This document shows, piece by piece, positions 15,796 to 16,591 of a DNA stretch of 16,591 bases. The DNA comes from Alphaproteobacteria bacterium (GTDB lineage: Bacteria; Pseudomonadota; Alphaproteobacteria; UBA6615). Every line of letters starts with the position of its first letter. Position 1 is the stretch's first letter. The DNA lies in assembly GCA_965261975.1 (NCBI GenBank), contig CBDHEC010000006.1:1-16591 (forward strand). Direction: 5' to 3'. The notes under the pieces were generated by a model. That model ran no database searches, had not been told where the DNA came from, and saw only the letters and a list, made by a program, of their open reading frames with translations. A program made the position numbers and the translations under genes.

Positions 15796-15972
15796 GGCTC
15801 GGTTCCGTATTCAGTGCCTTGGTCCAGGCAATCTGGCACAAAACTGCAACCGAGTGGAATTCAACTCCTGGAGAGCGACGTCACGAATGCGGATGTCATT
15901 GGCCTGCGGCCTTGGGAAAAGTAGTATCCCGCCGCGATCGCATGCATGCCGTTCGCAACAGAGGATTTACCC

Positions 15973-16591
15973 ATGAGCCAGAACCTGGCGGCCTACCGGC
16001 CGATCACCAGCAACGAGGACGCCGCCGAGCGGGTGCGCCAGAGCCCCCATGACTTCGTGAAGGTCGGTCTTACCGATATCGACGGCGTGATGCGCGGCAA
16101 GTACATGAACCGGGAGAAGTTTCTCTCGGCACTAGGCGACGGTTTCGGCTTTTGTGACGTGGTCCTCGGCTGGGATATCAACGATCAGCTCTATGACAAT
16201 TCCCGCTACACGGGCTGGCACACCGGGTTTCCCGACGCGCCGGTGCACATCCTCGCCGAGTCCGGACGGCAGATCCCGTTCGAGGACGGGTGCTGGATGT
16301 TCCTGGGTGAGTTCGCCGATCCAGCCGCCGAGATATGTCCGCGCGGTGTCCTGTCCCGGGTCCTCGACAAAGCGAATGCGATGGGCTTCGACGTCCGGGC
16401 AGGCTTCGAATACGAGTTCTTCGTCTTCGAAGAGACCCTGGCGAGCGCGGCAGACAAGCAATATCGCGACATGATCCCCGTCGCATTGGGAAACACCGGC
16501 TACTCCCTGCTGCGTCAATCGACCCTCGCGCCGCTCTACACAGATATCCTTTCGAGCATGTCCGCGATGGGTATCGGGCTCGAGGGCATCC
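15973..16591 (+). CDS. Glutamine synthetase-family (GS-like, probable gamma-glutamyl ligase) protein; 3'-truncated by the window edge
   Basis: Absent from the ORF track. Manual translation MSQNLAAY...TDIDGVMRGK...GFGFCDVVLGWD...TGWHTGFPD...ICPRGVL...GFEYEFFVF. GAGGA RBS at 15961-15965. Confidence 0.88.
   Translation, partial: MSQNLAAYRPITSNEDAAERVRQSPHDFVKVGLTDIDGVMRGKYMNREKFLSALGDGFGFCDVVLGWDINDQLYDNSRYTGWHTGFPDAPVHILAESGRQIPFEDGCWMFLGEFADPAAEICPRGVLSRVLDKANAMGFDVRAGFEYEFFVFEETLASAADKQYRDMIPVALGNTGYSLLRQSTLAPLYTDILSSMSAMGIGLEGI

Noticed and set aside
15834-15848. Sigma54-like TGGCACAAAACTGCA upstream of the GS-like gene
   Set aside because: GG-to-GC spacing is 9 nt, while sigma54 promoters require 10. 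Only plausible if the A run has an indel error.
15253-15924. 223-aa plus-strand ORF and other short ORFs in the 15.5-16.0 kb gap
   Set aside because: Overlaps the 2OG oxygenase out of frame and is the antisense shadow of the small membrane ORF.
15933-15949. Palindromes GCGATCGC and GCATGCATGC upstream of the GS-like gene
   Set aside because: Short and low-complexity, and not matched to a regulator site I can name.

Overview
GC-rich alphaproteobacterial chromosomal segment (Rhodospirillales-like by gene content; inference). Left to right: the 3' part of a D-Ala-D-Ala carboxypeptidase/SPOR gene (+), then a long minus-strand block with a luciferase-like monooxygenase, pgmG-ugd-galU, a membrane J-domain protein with a Pam18/Tim14-like C-terminus, a vWA protein, mipZ, an uncharacterised 4Fe-4S/molybdopterin oxidoreductase and three tandem exported DUF3179 CxxC paralogues. 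After these come a divergent UDG-superfamily gene, a 2OG-Fe(II) oxygenase, a small amber-interrupted membrane ORF and the 5' part of a glutamine-synthetase-like gene; the ORF track missed the last two. The most striking unexplained element is the noncoding region upstream of the DUF3179 triplet. It holds a GTCAC/GTGAC operator-like array, a candidate -10 box, a hairpin and a textbook intrinsic terminator pointing into the DUF3179 genes. This suggests an undescribed sRNA or attenuator leader on a putative periplasmic thiol-redox module. No mobile elements, CRISPR arrays, tRNA or rRNA were seen.
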